Shown here piece after piece: positions 19,217-28,944 of a stretch of 64,000 bases of DNA (positions are counted from its first letter, which is position 1; each line of letters starts with the position of its first letter). A program made the position numbers and the translations under genes. This DNA is from an uncultured Gemmatimonadales bacterium (GTDB lineage: Bacteria > Gemmatimonadota > Gemmatimonadetes > Gemmatimonadales > GWC2-71-9). The stretch is from assembly GCA_963828735.1 (NCBI GenBank), contig CAWHFW010000002.1, positions 576,001-640,000 of the forward strand, read 5' to 3'. The notes below the pieces were generated by a model. That model saw nothing but the letters and a program-made list of their open reading frames with translations. It was not told the DNA's origin and did not search any database.

Positions 19217-19271
19217 GTGTTTTCTTGGAAGGATGTGACTTACAGAATCGGGTCGGGCTGGGCGGGACGGT

Positions 19272-19287
19272 ATTGGCTCTTGGTATA
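19272..19287 (-). promoter_or_regulatory. Operator copy 6 (ATTGGCTCTTGGTATA) upstream of receiver-cobW
   Basis: Degenerate match. -10-like GATTCT (19244-19249, minus strand) lies 22 nt downstream. Confidence 0.55.
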
Positions 19288-19318
19288 ACTCGGCGGCCGC
19301 GTGGCGCGGCCGGCCGTT

Positions 19319-20047
19319 TTATCCCTGCCGGTCGGGACCGGGTTCGGGGCTCCCCTCAGCGCCGCCTCGCCACCCAAGGCGTTCGGCGAGGTGGACCAGC
19401 TGAGCGAGGGAGGCGGCCTCCATCTTTTGCATGACCCGGCCGCGGTGCACCTTGACGGTCTGCTCGGTGGTTCCCAGGCGGCCGGCGATCTGTTTGTTCA
19501 ACAACCCTTGGACGACCAGTGCGAAGACCTCCCGCTCGCGGGGCGTGAGCATCGACAGGCGCTCAGCCACCTGGCGGTGGTCTTCCAGCGCCTGGCGCCG
19601 CATCCGGTCCCGCTCCAGGGCCTGCTCCACGGCCCGGAGCAGGTCATCGTCGTCCACGGGCTTCGTCAGGAAGTCCACCGCGCCCGACTTCATCGCTTTC
19701 ACGCCGGTCGCCACGTCCCCATAGCCCGTGATGAAGATGATCGGGATCTTGCAGCCCGACATCCGCAGCATCGCGAACAGGTCGAGTCCATCGACCTCGG
19801 GGAGCCGCAGGTCGCTCACCAGCACCGCGGGCCCGTGCTCGTTGTGCTTGTCGAGGAATTCGCGCGACGACGCGAAGAGCTCCACCTGATACCCGGCGGT
19901 TCTGAGCAGCCGCCCCAACGCCTTGCGCACATTTGGATCGTCGTCCAGCACGAATACGAAGGGCTGGTCGGCAGCCTGCGGGTCCCCGCTCTCGGTCGAG
20001 CGGGCCCGCGCCTCGGACGGCGGTTCGGACGTGGGACGCGGCTTCAC
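19319..20047 (-). CDS. FixJ/NodW/TtrR-type response regulator (REC + LuxR HTH); start uncertain
   Basis: [30 protein letters not shown] and [25 protein letters not shown]...[13 protein letters not shown]. Confidence 0.92.
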   Translation of the reverse strand: MKPRPTSEPPSEARARSTESGDPQAADQPFVFVLDDDPNVRKALGRLLRTAGYQVELFASSREFLDKHNEHGPAVLVSDLRLPEVDGLDLFAMLRMSGCKIPIIFITGYGDVATGVKAMKSGAVDFLTKPVDDDDLLRAVEQALERDRMRRQALEDHRQVAERLSMLTPREREVFALVVQGLLNKQIAGRLGTTEQTVKVHRGRVMQKMEAASLAQLVHLAERLGWRGGAEGSPEPGPDRQG

Positions 20048-20553
20048 GACGGATCGGGAGATGAAGCGCTCCTGTCAATCACGGGTTCCATTCCACTCGG
20101 CGACCGCGGCCGCGGCTCGGCCGGACGGCTTGCGGGTGCTGCCCCGACCGAAGCGCCCGAGGAACCGGCACCTGTGTGCCCGGGGGCCGGATGACCCCGC
20201 GAAGAAGAGGTTGACGACGCTTGGAATTGCCAGCGGCGAGAACGGCCTCGAAGGTCCTTCCCCCGGCCACGACCGGAACCCGGAAACCCCTACCCTGCGG
20301 CAGTCATCGCGGGCACATCCGACCCCTCTCGAACGCCTTGGCCACACGCGACGCAAATCGACAACTCGCGTTCCGGCGTCGGCGGCGCGACCATCAGAGG
20401 CTGGATATCCCGAAGACGGCTCGGGCTTGCTATGTCGATGCATGCGGGCTTCCAGGAGGGCTGCCGGCGGGAAGTTGCCCCTCGGCCTCCGTCACGCCGC
20501 CATGGCGAATATTTACCCACCCCCGGCGGCGGTCAAGGGTACGGGCGCCACGG

Positions 20554-20569
20554 CCGACCAAAGTCCAGT
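20554..20569 (+). promoter_or_regulatory. Operator copy 7 (CCGACCAAAGTCCAGT) upstream of tamB
   Basis: Matches the consensus in + orientation. -10 TAAGCT at 20593-20598, 23 nt downstream. Confidence 0.6.
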
Positions 20570-20612
20570 ATCCTGGGGCACGTAGACGGCGATAAGCTGG
20601 ATCGTCTCGGCC

Positions 20613-23600
20613 GTGCCGCCTGGCGCCGCGCGGCCGTGTTTTCGTCTGCCGAACCGGCGTCGAAGGACCGTCACCCTGGCCCGCACCCTGCTTCGCGTGC
20701 TCCTCCGCCTGCTGACGATCGGGGCACTCGTCGTCCTCGGGTTCATCGTGGCCCTGTATCTCGGTGGGGCCACGTGGATCGTCAACCGTGTGCTCCAGCG
20801 AGTTGATCCCTTCCCCGATACGTCCCTGCAGACCGCCCGCGTATCCGGAAATCTCCTCACCGAGCTCACCCTTCATGACGTGCGCCTGATCCGCGCGGAT
20901 TCGCAGCCGGCCTGGCGGCTCGACAGCGTCCGGGCGGCCTACGACCCACGCCAGCTGTTCGGAAACGAGATCGTCATCCGGGAGGGGATGGTCTTCGGGC
21001 CGGACGTCGTGCTTCAGCAGCTCACCAACTCGAAGTGGGACTTGCCCCGCCCTCGACCCAAGCGCGCCGGCGCCGGCCCGTCCAAGGGGCCCCGTATCAC
21101 GATCGAACGCCTTGCGGTGTCCGGCGGCAGGGCGGCAGTGCGGTTCAGCGGCTCACGGGCGGGACGGGTGGCGCACCTCGACAGCGTCAACGCCCTGGCG
21201 GCCGACATCCGGATCGCGAACGGCGTTCGGATTTCGCGGGCAATGATCCGGCTTCGGGCGCGCAACGAGCAGGGCACCCCCGAGCGGGCAACAATCGTGG
21301 CGAAGGGGTCGGTAGAGCCGGACCTGATCACCATCGCGGATCTGTCCGTTCATTCGCCGGGCAGCACGATCTCCGCTCACGGAGCGATACCACTGCGGCG
21401 CGGGAAGGGGCAAACCCGTGGCCCGGGCCGACTCGAGGCGCATGTCGTAGCGCAACCGCTTCAATTTCGTGACCTGAGCCTGCTGGATGCGAGATTCGAA
21501 CGTGCCGGAAGCGTCGGCCTCACATTCGATCTCGGCGGTGAGCGCGATGGGTTCATGCTTCGGGCGAAGGCCGGGTTCTCGGACGGTGGTACCGCACACG
21601 CGGAGGGATACCTCACGGCGCGTGGCGTGACCCCCGTGGAATATCGCGGAAGCGCGATGCTCCGTTCCGTCGACCCCAGCCTGTTTACGCTGGGACCCAC
21701 CCGTTCGGAACGGGTGAATGGCGACCTCGAAGTCGACTTGCACGGATCGCGTGCCGACCTCATGAACGGACGAGCCGCGCTTCAGGTGTATGACTCCCGC
21801 TACGGCCCGATCCGAGCAACCCGCGCACAGGCGAAAGCGACCTTCACCGAGGGTCGCGCCCGGCTCGCCGCGGAGACCGAATGGAAGCCGTTCGCGATGG
21901 CGTTGAACGGGTGGTTGCGACCATTCGATACGGTGCCGACCTACGACCTGACGGCCCGGCTCGGCCGCCTGCCCGGAGACACATCGTCCGTGTGGCTCGA
22001 GCGCCTGCTTGGGAGCGGCACCGCCCGGGTCGCCGTCAACGTGAAGGGACGAGGCGCCGGTCCCCGGACGGCGGACCTCAGCGTGGTCGCCTCTCTCGAG
22101 CGCGGGACTGGACCGCGAGGGCTCCTCGACTCGGTCTCCCTGCAGGCTCGGCTCATGAGCGGCTCGGCTGAGGTGCGTGGACGACTGGGGGCCACGGGGG
22201 GCCTGGTTGCCTTTCGCGGGCAGGCAGTGCTTGGAGACGCCCTGCAATACCGGGTCGAGCGAGCGACCATCGACCACGTGCGTCTGTCTGCCCTGGCCGG
22301 CGACACGACGGCGAGCTCGCTCGACGCCACCTTCTCGCTCCGCGGCACGGGTACGAGCGCCGATTCCGCCGAGGCGCACGCCGAGGTTCAGGTCGCCCGG
22401 ATGTCATATGGCCGGCACGAGCTCGCCGGCGGCCGGCTCGACTTGGGCCTCAGGCAGGGCACCACGCGGGTTGTCGCCCGCGGCACCATGGACGGTGCCG
22501 CGGTGGACGTCGATGCGTCGGCGCGGCCGTTCGCGGCCGAGCCTGTGGTCATGGTCGACCACCTCCGTTTCCGTCATGTCGATCTGGCGCGAGTGGCGCC
22601 TGGAGCAGGCCTCTCGAGCGACCTGTCCGGGATGGCTCGTGTGCGGGTCCGGGGCCGACGTTCCGAGGCGCTGCACGTCGAAGGGGGCATGACGCTGGAG
22701 CCCTCGCGCCTCGGCGCGGACACGCTGGAGGAGGGCACGATCGAGGCCTCGCTCGACCGGGGCGATCTGACCGTCCGCACCCGGCTCCTCTGGCCCGCGG
22801 GGCGACTCACCCTGGCTGGGACCGCACGGCCGTTCGATTCCCTTCCCACGTACTCCGTTCGCGAGGGCGCCTTCCAAGGTCTCGACCTGGGCAAGCTCCT
22901 CCGGCGGCCCTCGCTGCGTACCGCTCTCTCGGGCTCGTTGCGCCTCGAGGGCAGGGGTCGCGAGGCGAAGAGCGCGAGGCTCGACGGCACCATCACCGTC
23001 GACTCGTCGATCGTCAACCGCACGGTCATTCGCGGAGGCCGGCTTCAGCTTGCCCTCACGGATGGACGGGCTCGGATCGTCGGTGGGCTACGCGGTGACG
23101 GCGACAGCATCACGATTGATGGCACCGCGGAGCCGTTTGCCACGCCACGCCGGGTACACCTCACGAGCCAGATCGCGATCGCCGACCTCGCCGCTCTGCT
23201 CGGGCGCGACACGATCGATGCGGGCGGTGCGGCACGAATCGTCGTAGAGGGGGAGCTGGGCCGTCCGGAGGCGACGCGACTTCGCGGCACCATACGGGGC
23301 AACGGCCACTTCGCCGGCATCTCCGTGGACTCGCTGCGGGCCGACGGCCGACTCGCGGCGGGACTGCTGGACCTCGATACCCTGGCGATCAGGTCCAACG
23401 TCGCACATCTGACCGGCGGTGGTCGGGTCGCGCTGTACGGGCCGGACGCCACCGCACGATCGGCCTTCCGCCTCGGCGGGAGCCTCCGGGATCTCGCGCC
23501 GCTCGGACCCGTCCTGGGGATCGAGGGACTCGCCGTCGATTCGGGTCGCGTCGACCTTCGCCTCGATGGCCCCAAGGCCCGCACCCATCTCGAAGCCGAC

Positions 23601-25757
23601 CTGCAGGCGACCCACCTCGCCCTTGGCCCTCGGCGAGCCCGGGCGGTGCACGCGTCGCTCGACGGGAGCCTCGCGGCCGATCGGTCGATCGCCGCGGGAA
23701 CCGGCAGCATCGTGATGGAGAATGTCACGGTGCCCGGCCGACGCATCGGGCGCTTGCGTGTCGACGGCTCGTATGGCGCTCAGCAGCTGGCCGTTCGCGG
23801 GCACGTGGAGCTGGACCGCTTGCGCACCCTGACGCTGGCGGCGCGCGCCTACCCGGCCACCGCGGAGCGGAGGGTGGAGCTCGATACGCTCGTGGTAAGG
23901 GGCGACAAGCAGACCTGGGCGCTCCGCCATCCGGTGCGCATGACCTACGGGCAGCGCATGGCGATTCAGGATTTCGCCCTGGTCTCCGGCGGACGCAGGA
24001 TCGGGATCGACGGCATCGTCGACCGCCGCGGTGAGCAGCGGATGACGGTGGCGATCGATTCGCTCCCCGTCGCCTGGCTGAGCGAGCTGCTCGGCAGCGG
24101 CACGACGGACGGAGAGATCAACGGCAGGCTGGATCTCACGGGCCCCGCCACGGCCCCGAAGTTGGCGGGCACGCTGGCGGTCGGCCTCACGTCGCGCGGC
24201 AAGAAGGTCGGCACGGCCCGCGCGGGCCTGGAGTGGATCGGCGCGCGAGGGCTGCGTCTCGACGTGGGCGTCTATCACCCCGATGGCGACAGTCTTCGCG
24301 TCACCGGCCGGGTTCCGCTCGCGCTCTCGCTTGCCTCCGACGATTCGAGCCGCGGCGTGGTGAGCCGGATTCCAGCCGGCGAGCTGACGATGGATGCCGT
24401 GGCCAATGGATTCCGGATCGACATGCTCCAGCCTCTGCTCGATCCGAAAACCGCCAAGTCGCTTCGTGGCCGGCTCACCGTGGACGCTCACGCCCGAGGA
24501 AGCCTGGAATCACCCGTCCTGTCCGGCAGCGTCGAGCTCACCGAGGCGAGGATCGAGATCCCTCGCCTTGGCGCGACCTACGACAACGGTCACATGCGGG
24601 CCACCCTCGAGGGTCGGAACGTTCGGCTGAACGAGGCGCGGTTCGAGGCCGGCGGGGGGCGCTTGGACGGCAAGGGCGTGATCAGTGTCCAGGAGGCCCA
24701 GCGCATCGGGCTCGACCTCGACGCCACCATGGAGGACTTCCGGCTCGCCGACGGCGACAACCTCGGCGCGACCACGTCGGGCAGGGTCCACCTCGGCGGC
24801 ACTCCCAAGGCGCCGTCGCTCGAGGGGGCCGTGAAGGTTCGGAACCTCGACTACTACCTCCAGGCAAAGAGTCTCGGCCAGTCGGCTGAGGCAGTCGAGC
24901 TCACGGCGGAAGACCTACGCATCCTTGAGGACCGATTCGGCGTCACGGCCGATCAGTCCGTCCGCGGGGCCCCATCGCCCTGGGCGATGAACCTCGACCT
25001 GACACTGTCCGGGAACGACTGGCTCCGGCGTCGGACCAGCCCGGTCGTTGCCGTCGAGCTGTCCGGCAACCTCCAGATCCGGAAGGCTGCGGGGGAGGAC
25101 ATGCAGATCTTCGGCGCGATTCAGCCGCTCGCGGGCCGGAGCTTCGTGGAGCTTCTCGGGCGCCGGTTCCAGGTCACGAGCGGCCAGGTCGGGTTGAACG
25201 GGCCAATGAAGAACGCCCGCCTCAACCTGCTCGCCGAATATCGTGCCGACTCGGGCAGCAGCAGCACGTCTCCCTCGGGAGTCGTGATTACGACGCAGCT
25301 CAAGGCGGATACCGGGCAGCTGGCGGTCACGCTGGACTCGCGTCCCAAGCTGAGTAACGCGGACATCCGCTCCTATCTAGCAACGGGACGCCCCGCGGGG
25401 ACGGATCCGACGCGTGCCAACGACGAAACGAATCCGCTGACCGCTGGGGCGTCGCTGGCGGTGGGCGCCGCGCTCGGCACGGTCGCCGGCGGAGCCGGGC
25501 GCGCGCTCGGATTCGACGTCGTGCAGATTCTCCAGGATCGGAACGGCGGGCAGACCCTCGTCGCCGGCAAGTACGTTTCGCCCCCCTTATACCTCGGATT
25601 TCGGGAACCGATCGTCGCGGCGGAGGATCCTTCCGAGCCGCAATCGTCGAGGGGGAGCATGGAGTGGGAAGTCGAATATGCCGCGCTCCGACGCGCACTG
25701 CTCAATCTCCAGGGTTCCGGCGAGGAATTCCGCGCCTTCCTGCGGCTCCGGCGGTGA
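20613..25757 (+). CDS. tamB: TamB/AsmA-like bridge protein (start uncertain)
   Basis: N-terminal TM anchor, about 1700 aa of beta-rich repeats and a C-terminal DUF490-like region (LVAGKYVSPPLYLG). GTGA-coupled to an Omp85 gene. Confidence 0.82.
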   Translation: MPPGAARPCFRLPNRRRRTVTLARTLLRVLLRLLTIGALVVLGFIVALYLGGATWIVNRVLQRVDPFPDTSLQTARVSGNLLTELTLHDVRLIRADSQPAWRLDSVRAAYDPRQLFGNEIVIREGMVFGPDVVLQQLTNSKWDLPRPRPKRAGAGPSKGPRITIERLAVSGGRAAVRFSGSRAGRVAHLDSVNALAADIRIANGVRISRAMIRLRARNEQGTPERATIVAKGSVEPDLITIADLSVHSPGSTISAHGAIPLRRGKGQTRGPGRLEAHVVAQPLQFRDLSLLDARFERAGSVGLTFDLGGERDGFMLRAKAGFSDGGTAHAEGYLTARGVTPVEYRGSAMLRSVDPSLFTLGPTRSERVNGDLEVDLHGSRADLMNGRAALQVYDSRYGPIRATRAQAKATFTEGRARLAAETEWKPFAMALNGWLRPFDTVPTYDLTARLGRLPGDTSSVWLERLLGSGTARVAVNVKGRGAGPRTADLSVVASLERGTGPRGLLDSVSLQARLMSGSAEVRGRLGATGGLVAFRGQAVLGDALQYRVERATIDHVRLSALAGDTTASSLDATFSLRGTGTSADSAEAHAEVQVARMSYGRHELAGGRLDLGLRQGTTRVVARGTMDGAAVDVDASARPFAAEPVVMVDHLRFRHVDLARVAPGAGLSSDLSGMARVRVRGRRSEALHVEGGMTLEPSRLGADTLEEGTIEASLDRGDLTVRTRLLWPAGRLTLAGTARPFDSLPTYSVREGAFQGLDLGKLLRRPSLRTALSGSLRLEGRGREAKSARLDGTITVDSSIVNRTVIRGGRLQLALTDGRARIVGGLRGDGDSITIDGTAEPFATPRRVHLTSQIAIADLAALLGRDTIDAGGAARIVVEGELGRPEATRLRGTIRGNGHFAGISVDSLRADGRLAAGLLDLDTLAIRSNVAHLTGGGRVALYGPDATARSAFRLGGSLRDLAPLGPVLGIEGLAVDSGRVDLRLDGPKARTHLEADLQATHLALGPRRARAVHASLDGSLAADRSIAAGTGSIVMENVTVPGRRIGRLRVDGSYGAQQLAVRGHVELDRLRTLTLAARAYPATAERRVELDTLVVRGDKQTWALRHPVRMTYGQRMAIQDFALVSGGRRIGIDGIVDRRGEQRMTVAIDSLPVAWLSELLGSGTTDGEINGRLDLTGPATAPKLAGTLAVGLTSRGKKVGTARAGLEWIGARGLRLDVGVYHPDGDSLRVTGRVPLALSLASDDSSRGVVSRIPAGELTMDAVANGFRIDMLQPLLDPKTAKSLRGRLTVDAHARGSLESPVLSGSVELTEARIEIPRLGATYDNGHMRATLEGRNVRLNEARFEAGGGRLDGKGVISVQEAQRIGLDLDATMEDFRLADGDNLGATTSGRVHLGGTPKAPSLEGAVKVRNLDYYLQAKSLGQSAEAVELTAEDLRILEDRFGVTADQSVRGAPSPWAMNLDLTLSGNDWLRRRTSPVVAVELSGNLQIRKAAGEDMQIFGAIQPLAGRSFVELLGRRFQVTSGQVGLNGPMKNARLNLLAEYRADSGSSSTSPSGVVITTQLKADTGQLAVTLDSRPKLSNADIRSYLATGRPAGTDPTRANDETNPLTAGASLAVGAALGTVAGGAGRALGFDVVQILQDRNGGQTLVAGKYVSPPLYLGFREPIVAAEDPSEPQSSRGSMEWEVEYAALRRALLNLQGSGEEFRAFLRLRR

Positions 25758-27916
25758 CCCGCGGGCGCGCGTTGGCGCTGGCCCTCCTGATGCTCAGTGC
25801 CACGCTGCGGGTGGCAGCGGCACAGGATTCTCTCCTCGCCATTCGTCCGGATGCTCAGGTCGAGTCCGTCGACTTCCGCTTCGCAGGCACCCGGAGCTTC
25901 TCCTCCGTCGAGCTCGGTGAGCAGCTTGCGGTCAAGGGCCGCGGCTCGCTCTATGACGTCCGGCGTCTGCTCGGCAAACTCCCACTGATCCCCACGCCGG
26001 GCACGTTCACCTTCGATCCCGTCGAGCTCCAGAAGGACGTGGTCCGGCTCCGCCGGTTCTACCAGCGGGCCGGCTTCTTCGAGCCGCAACTGGACTACGA
26101 GGTCCGGACCAACGACGCGGGCACGCTGGTGAAGGTGGTCTTCCTCATCGACGAGGGAGCGGCGACTCCGCTCCGAAGCGTGCGGGTCGTGAGCTCGGAC
26201 GGAGATTCGGCCCTTTCCCTGCCCGACTCGCTTCGGGAGAGCTGGGCGGAGTTCGAGCGCGAGCTCACTGCCGGCCGCGGCCGGCGCCTCGGGGAGACCG
26301 ATCTCGTCGCCGTCGAAAATCGAACGCTCGAATGGCTCCGCCAGCGCGGTTATCCCTTCGCCACCGTGCGTTCAACGCGGACGGTGGATTCGCTCGCGAA
26401 AGCGGTCGACGTGGTCCTGACGGCGGATCCGGGCCCCCGGAGCCGGATCGGACGAATTGCCGTCGAGGGCAACGCGTCGGTAAGCGATCGGGTGGTGACG
26501 CGGGTGCTGCCCTTTCAGACCGGCGACTGGTATTCCTCGGACGAGCTCGCAATCGCCCGGAAGCGGCTCCAGACCGTGGATTTGCTGTCAGACGCCGTAG
26601 TGGACGTCGACTCGCAACCGGCCCCCGACTCGACCCTCGCCGTTCGCATCCGGGTACACGAGACCCGTCCCAGCCTGACCCTCGCCGAGGTGGGCTACAT
26701 CTCCGAGGGTGCCGGCCTCACGGGCCGGGTGCAGTGGACGCATCCCAACTTCACCGGCGGCGCGCGCAGCCTGACAGCCTCGCTCGAGGGGCAGACGGGC
26801 GCCGGGGCGATCGGGACCGAGGCCGAGCAGCTCCTCCGCGGCTCGCTCAGCCTCACGCAGCCCTTTGTGTTCGATCCCCGATTCTCCCTGATCTTCGGCC
26901 CCTGGGCGGAGTACCGGAACGACCTGAAGGATCGTTCCGGCGCAATCGGCCTCACAGCGACCCTGGTGCGCCGATTTCTTCCCCTCTCCTCCATCGCGCT
27001 GCAGTACCAGTTCAGCGCCCGTCATATCGACGAGTACCACTTTGGCGACGTCTCGGCCGGCGACGTCAGCTTGGGCGAGCTGCTGTCGCTTCAATTCCCC
27101 CACCTGATCGACTCGCTCGGACGTGACCAGAACAAGAGCACGATCACGCTGTCCGGCACGTTCAGCAACGTGGACGATCTGGGCGATCCCCGCCGGGGCT
27201 GGGTGGTCCGGCCGGCGGCCGAGATCACGGTGCCCGCAGTGCTCAGCACGGTCGAGTTTGGTCGGCTCGACCTCTCCGTGACCCGCTTTCAGCCAATCGC
27301 GCGGAACGTCGTGCTGATGGCGCGCTTCTCGGCCGGGCGGCTCTTCCCGTACGGCAAGAGCGCGCCCGCCCCCGGCGAGGATCCGACCTTCGATTTCATT
27401 CGCCTGAGAGACGAGTCGATGACGGCGGGGGGGACGAACGACGTCCGGGGATGGGGCGACCGGATGCTGGGCCCCAAGGTGCCCGACGTGGAAGGACACA
27501 TCGAGGGCTCGGACACCGTGTTCGTCGCCGACCACTACGCACCCGTGGGGGCGCTGGCTAGGCTCAGCGGCTCGGTCGAGCTACGGTTTCCGGCTCCAGG
27601 TCTGACGCCGGCCTGGCGAACCAGCGTGTTCGTCGATGGTGGGAGAGTATGGACGCCCGACGAGCGGTTCTCGCAGGCACGCCTCCTCCCGGAGAACACC
27701 GAATTCCGTTTCTCGATCGGTGCGGGGATCAGCTACCAGACGCCCATTGGTGCGCTGGGGCTCAGCGTGGGATACAAGCTGAACCCGTCCGCGGTGGACG
27801 TGCGCGACCCAGGCAAGGTGCTGGACGCGCTGATCGCCGGCTTGCCGGTGACGAGCGTCGAGTCCGAGTCGATCCGGCGCTATCACCTGCACCTGTCGTT
27901 CGGCGTGGCGCTGTAG
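25754..27916 (+). CDS. TamA/BamA-family Omp85 protein with POTRA domains
   Basis: Signal peptide, POTRA motifs (FYQRAGFF, LRQRGYPFA), AGGTNDVRGW lid loop and terminal beta strand. Confidence 0.85.
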   Translation: MTRGRALALALLMLSATLRVAAAQDSLLAIRPDAQVESVDFRFAGTRSFSSVELGEQLAVKGRGSLYDVRRLLGKLPLIPTPGTFTFDPVELQKDVVRLRRFYQRAGFFEPQLDYEVRTNDAGTLVKVVFLIDEGAATPLRSVRVVSSDGDSALSLPDSLRESWAEFERELTAGRGRRLGETDLVAVENRTLEWLRQRGYPFATVRSTRTVDSLAKAVDVVLTADPGPRSRIGRIAVEGNASVSDRVVTRVLPFQTGDWYSSDELAIARKRLQTVDLLSDAVVDVDSQPAPDSTLAVRIRVHETRPSLTLAEVGYISEGAGLTGRVQWTHPNFTGGARSLTASLEGQTGAGAIGTEAEQLLRGSLSLTQPFVFDPRFSLIFGPWAEYRNDLKDRSGAIGLTATLVRRFLPLSSIALQYQFSARHIDEYHFGDVSAGDVSLGELLSLQFPHLIDSLGRDQNKSTITLSGTFSNVDDLGDPRRGWVVRPAAEITVPAVLSTVEFGRLDLSVTRFQPIARNVVLMARFSAGRLFPYGKSAPAPGEDPTFDFIRLRDESMTAGGTNDVRGWGDRMLGPKVPDVEGHIEGSDTVFVADHYAPVGALARLSGSVELRFPAPGLTPAWRTSVFVDGGRVWTPDERFSQARLLPENTEFRFSIGAGISYQTPIGALGLSVGYKLNPSAVDVRDPGKVLDALIAGLPVTSVESESIRRYHLHLSFGVAL

Positions 27917-27919
27917 GCG

Positions 27920-28708
27920 TCAGTTGACGGTGTAGCCGCGGCCCTGGAGGCAGGTCGCCATCGCCTTGCTGAACTTGTCCATCGTAGCGGAAGCCTGAGC
28001 GGTTGCCTGCTGCTGCCCCTGCTGTTCGGCCTGCGCGTCGGCCTGCTTCTTGGACTTTCGTCCGCGAGCGCCCCCGGCAACGGCGCCGACGGCGGCCCCT
28101 GTGCCGGCGTCACCCACAATGGCGCCCACGACGGCGCCGCCGGCTGCCCCCCTTGCAGCGCCGGAAACGGCTGCTCCAGAGGTGGCGGAATCCGATTGTG
28201 CCTTCGCGGCCTTGCCCGCGGAATCGGCGTTCACGCTCACCTTCGTGGGATCGATCCCGGTCTGCTCCTTCGCCCATTGGTAGCAGGCTCCTTCGTCCTG
28301 CACCTGCTGGGCCTGGGACTGCCCCTTCGCCGCGTACACGGTGAGGCCGACCTGCGCAGCCAGCTTGGGATCGACCACCTCGGCTGCCGGCGCGGGCGCC
28401 GGCGCGGCGGCAACTGCGGGCGCCGCGGCCGGAGCAGACGGCTCGGCGGCGGGCTTCGGGGCAGCCTTCTTGGGCTCCTGCTTCCCAGTGGCGGGCGGTG
28501 CCGCGGACGGCTGGGCGGCCACCGATTCAGCCGGCTGCACCGACACCGTCGGCCCGGCGGGCGCCGATGTCGCCGCCGCGGTCTCCGGCGTTGATGTCTT
28601 GGTCGCGGCGGTCTCATCGGCCCTGTTCGCCCTGCCCTTGCAGGCGGATGCGGCCGCCAGGCCGGCCACCACGGCCAGGGTCAGAACGGAACGTCCGGAG
28701 ATTTGCAT
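27920..28708 (-). CDS. Glycine-zipper (YMGG-like) lipoprotein with Ala/Pro-rich linker
   Basis: Lipobox ASAC, YAAKGQSQAQQVQDEGACYQWA, GAARGAAGGAVVGAIVG zipper and CLQGRGYTVN end. Confidence 0.8.
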   Translation of the reverse strand: MQISGRSVLTLAVVAGLAAASACKGRANRADETAATKTSTPETAAATSAPAGPTVSVQPAESVAAQPSAAPPATGKQEPKKAAPKPAAEPSAPAAAPAVAAAPAPAPAAEVVDPKLAAQVGLTVYAAKGQSQAQQVQDEGACYQWAKEQTGIDPTKVSVNADSAGKAAKAQSDSATSGAAVSGAARGAAGGAVVGAIVGDAGTGAAVGAVAGGARGRKSKKQADAQAEQQGQQQATAQASATMDKFSKAMATCLQGRGYTVN

Positions 28709-28806
28709 GATGCCAACCTCATCTCTGCACAGATTCGACTGGGTGGACCACCCGGGCGCACCGGCCCGGGGCCCTTGTAGGGTAGGCCACGTCGCGCGCA
28801 TCCGAC

Positions 28807-28822
28807 ACTGCACTTCCGTCCA
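28807..28822 (-). promoter_or_regulatory. Operator copy 8 (ACTGCACTTCCGTCCA) for the glycine-zipper gene
   Basis: Degenerate match. -10 TACCCT (28779-28784, minus strand) lies 22 nt downstream. Confidence 0.55.
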
Positions 28823-28829
28823 GTGCTCC

Positions 28830-28845
28830 TCCACCAAGGTCCAAT
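28830..28845 (+). promoter_or_regulatory. Operator copy 9 (TCCACCAAGGTCCAAT) for the barrel-only Omp85
   Basis: Close match. -10 TAGCGT at 28868-28873, 22 nt downstream. Confidence 0.72.
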
Positions 28846-28944
28846 GTGCGGACCGGCTACCGTGACTTAGCGTCCACCATCACCGGACCTCCGGGCCGAC
28901 CAACCGCCCCGGTCCTTCGCCGATCCGCCATCAAGGTGGGCCCC

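Noticed and set aside
20050..20510. Long non-coding stretch upstream of the regulator as a riboswitch or sRNA
   Set aside because: No motif I can recognise. An Rfam/Infernal search would be needed.
8992..28845. Dispersed palindromes read as CRISPR repeats, REP elements or IS ends
   Set aside because: They are not arrayed with spacers, there are no cas or transposase genes, and they sit at a fixed distance 5' of promoters.
28846..28944. ORF-track N-terminal extensions (also 15531..15656, 17077..17217, 28709..28837)
   Set aside because: They overlap predicted promoters or operators and lack an RBS. Downstream starts have an RBS and/or a signal peptide.
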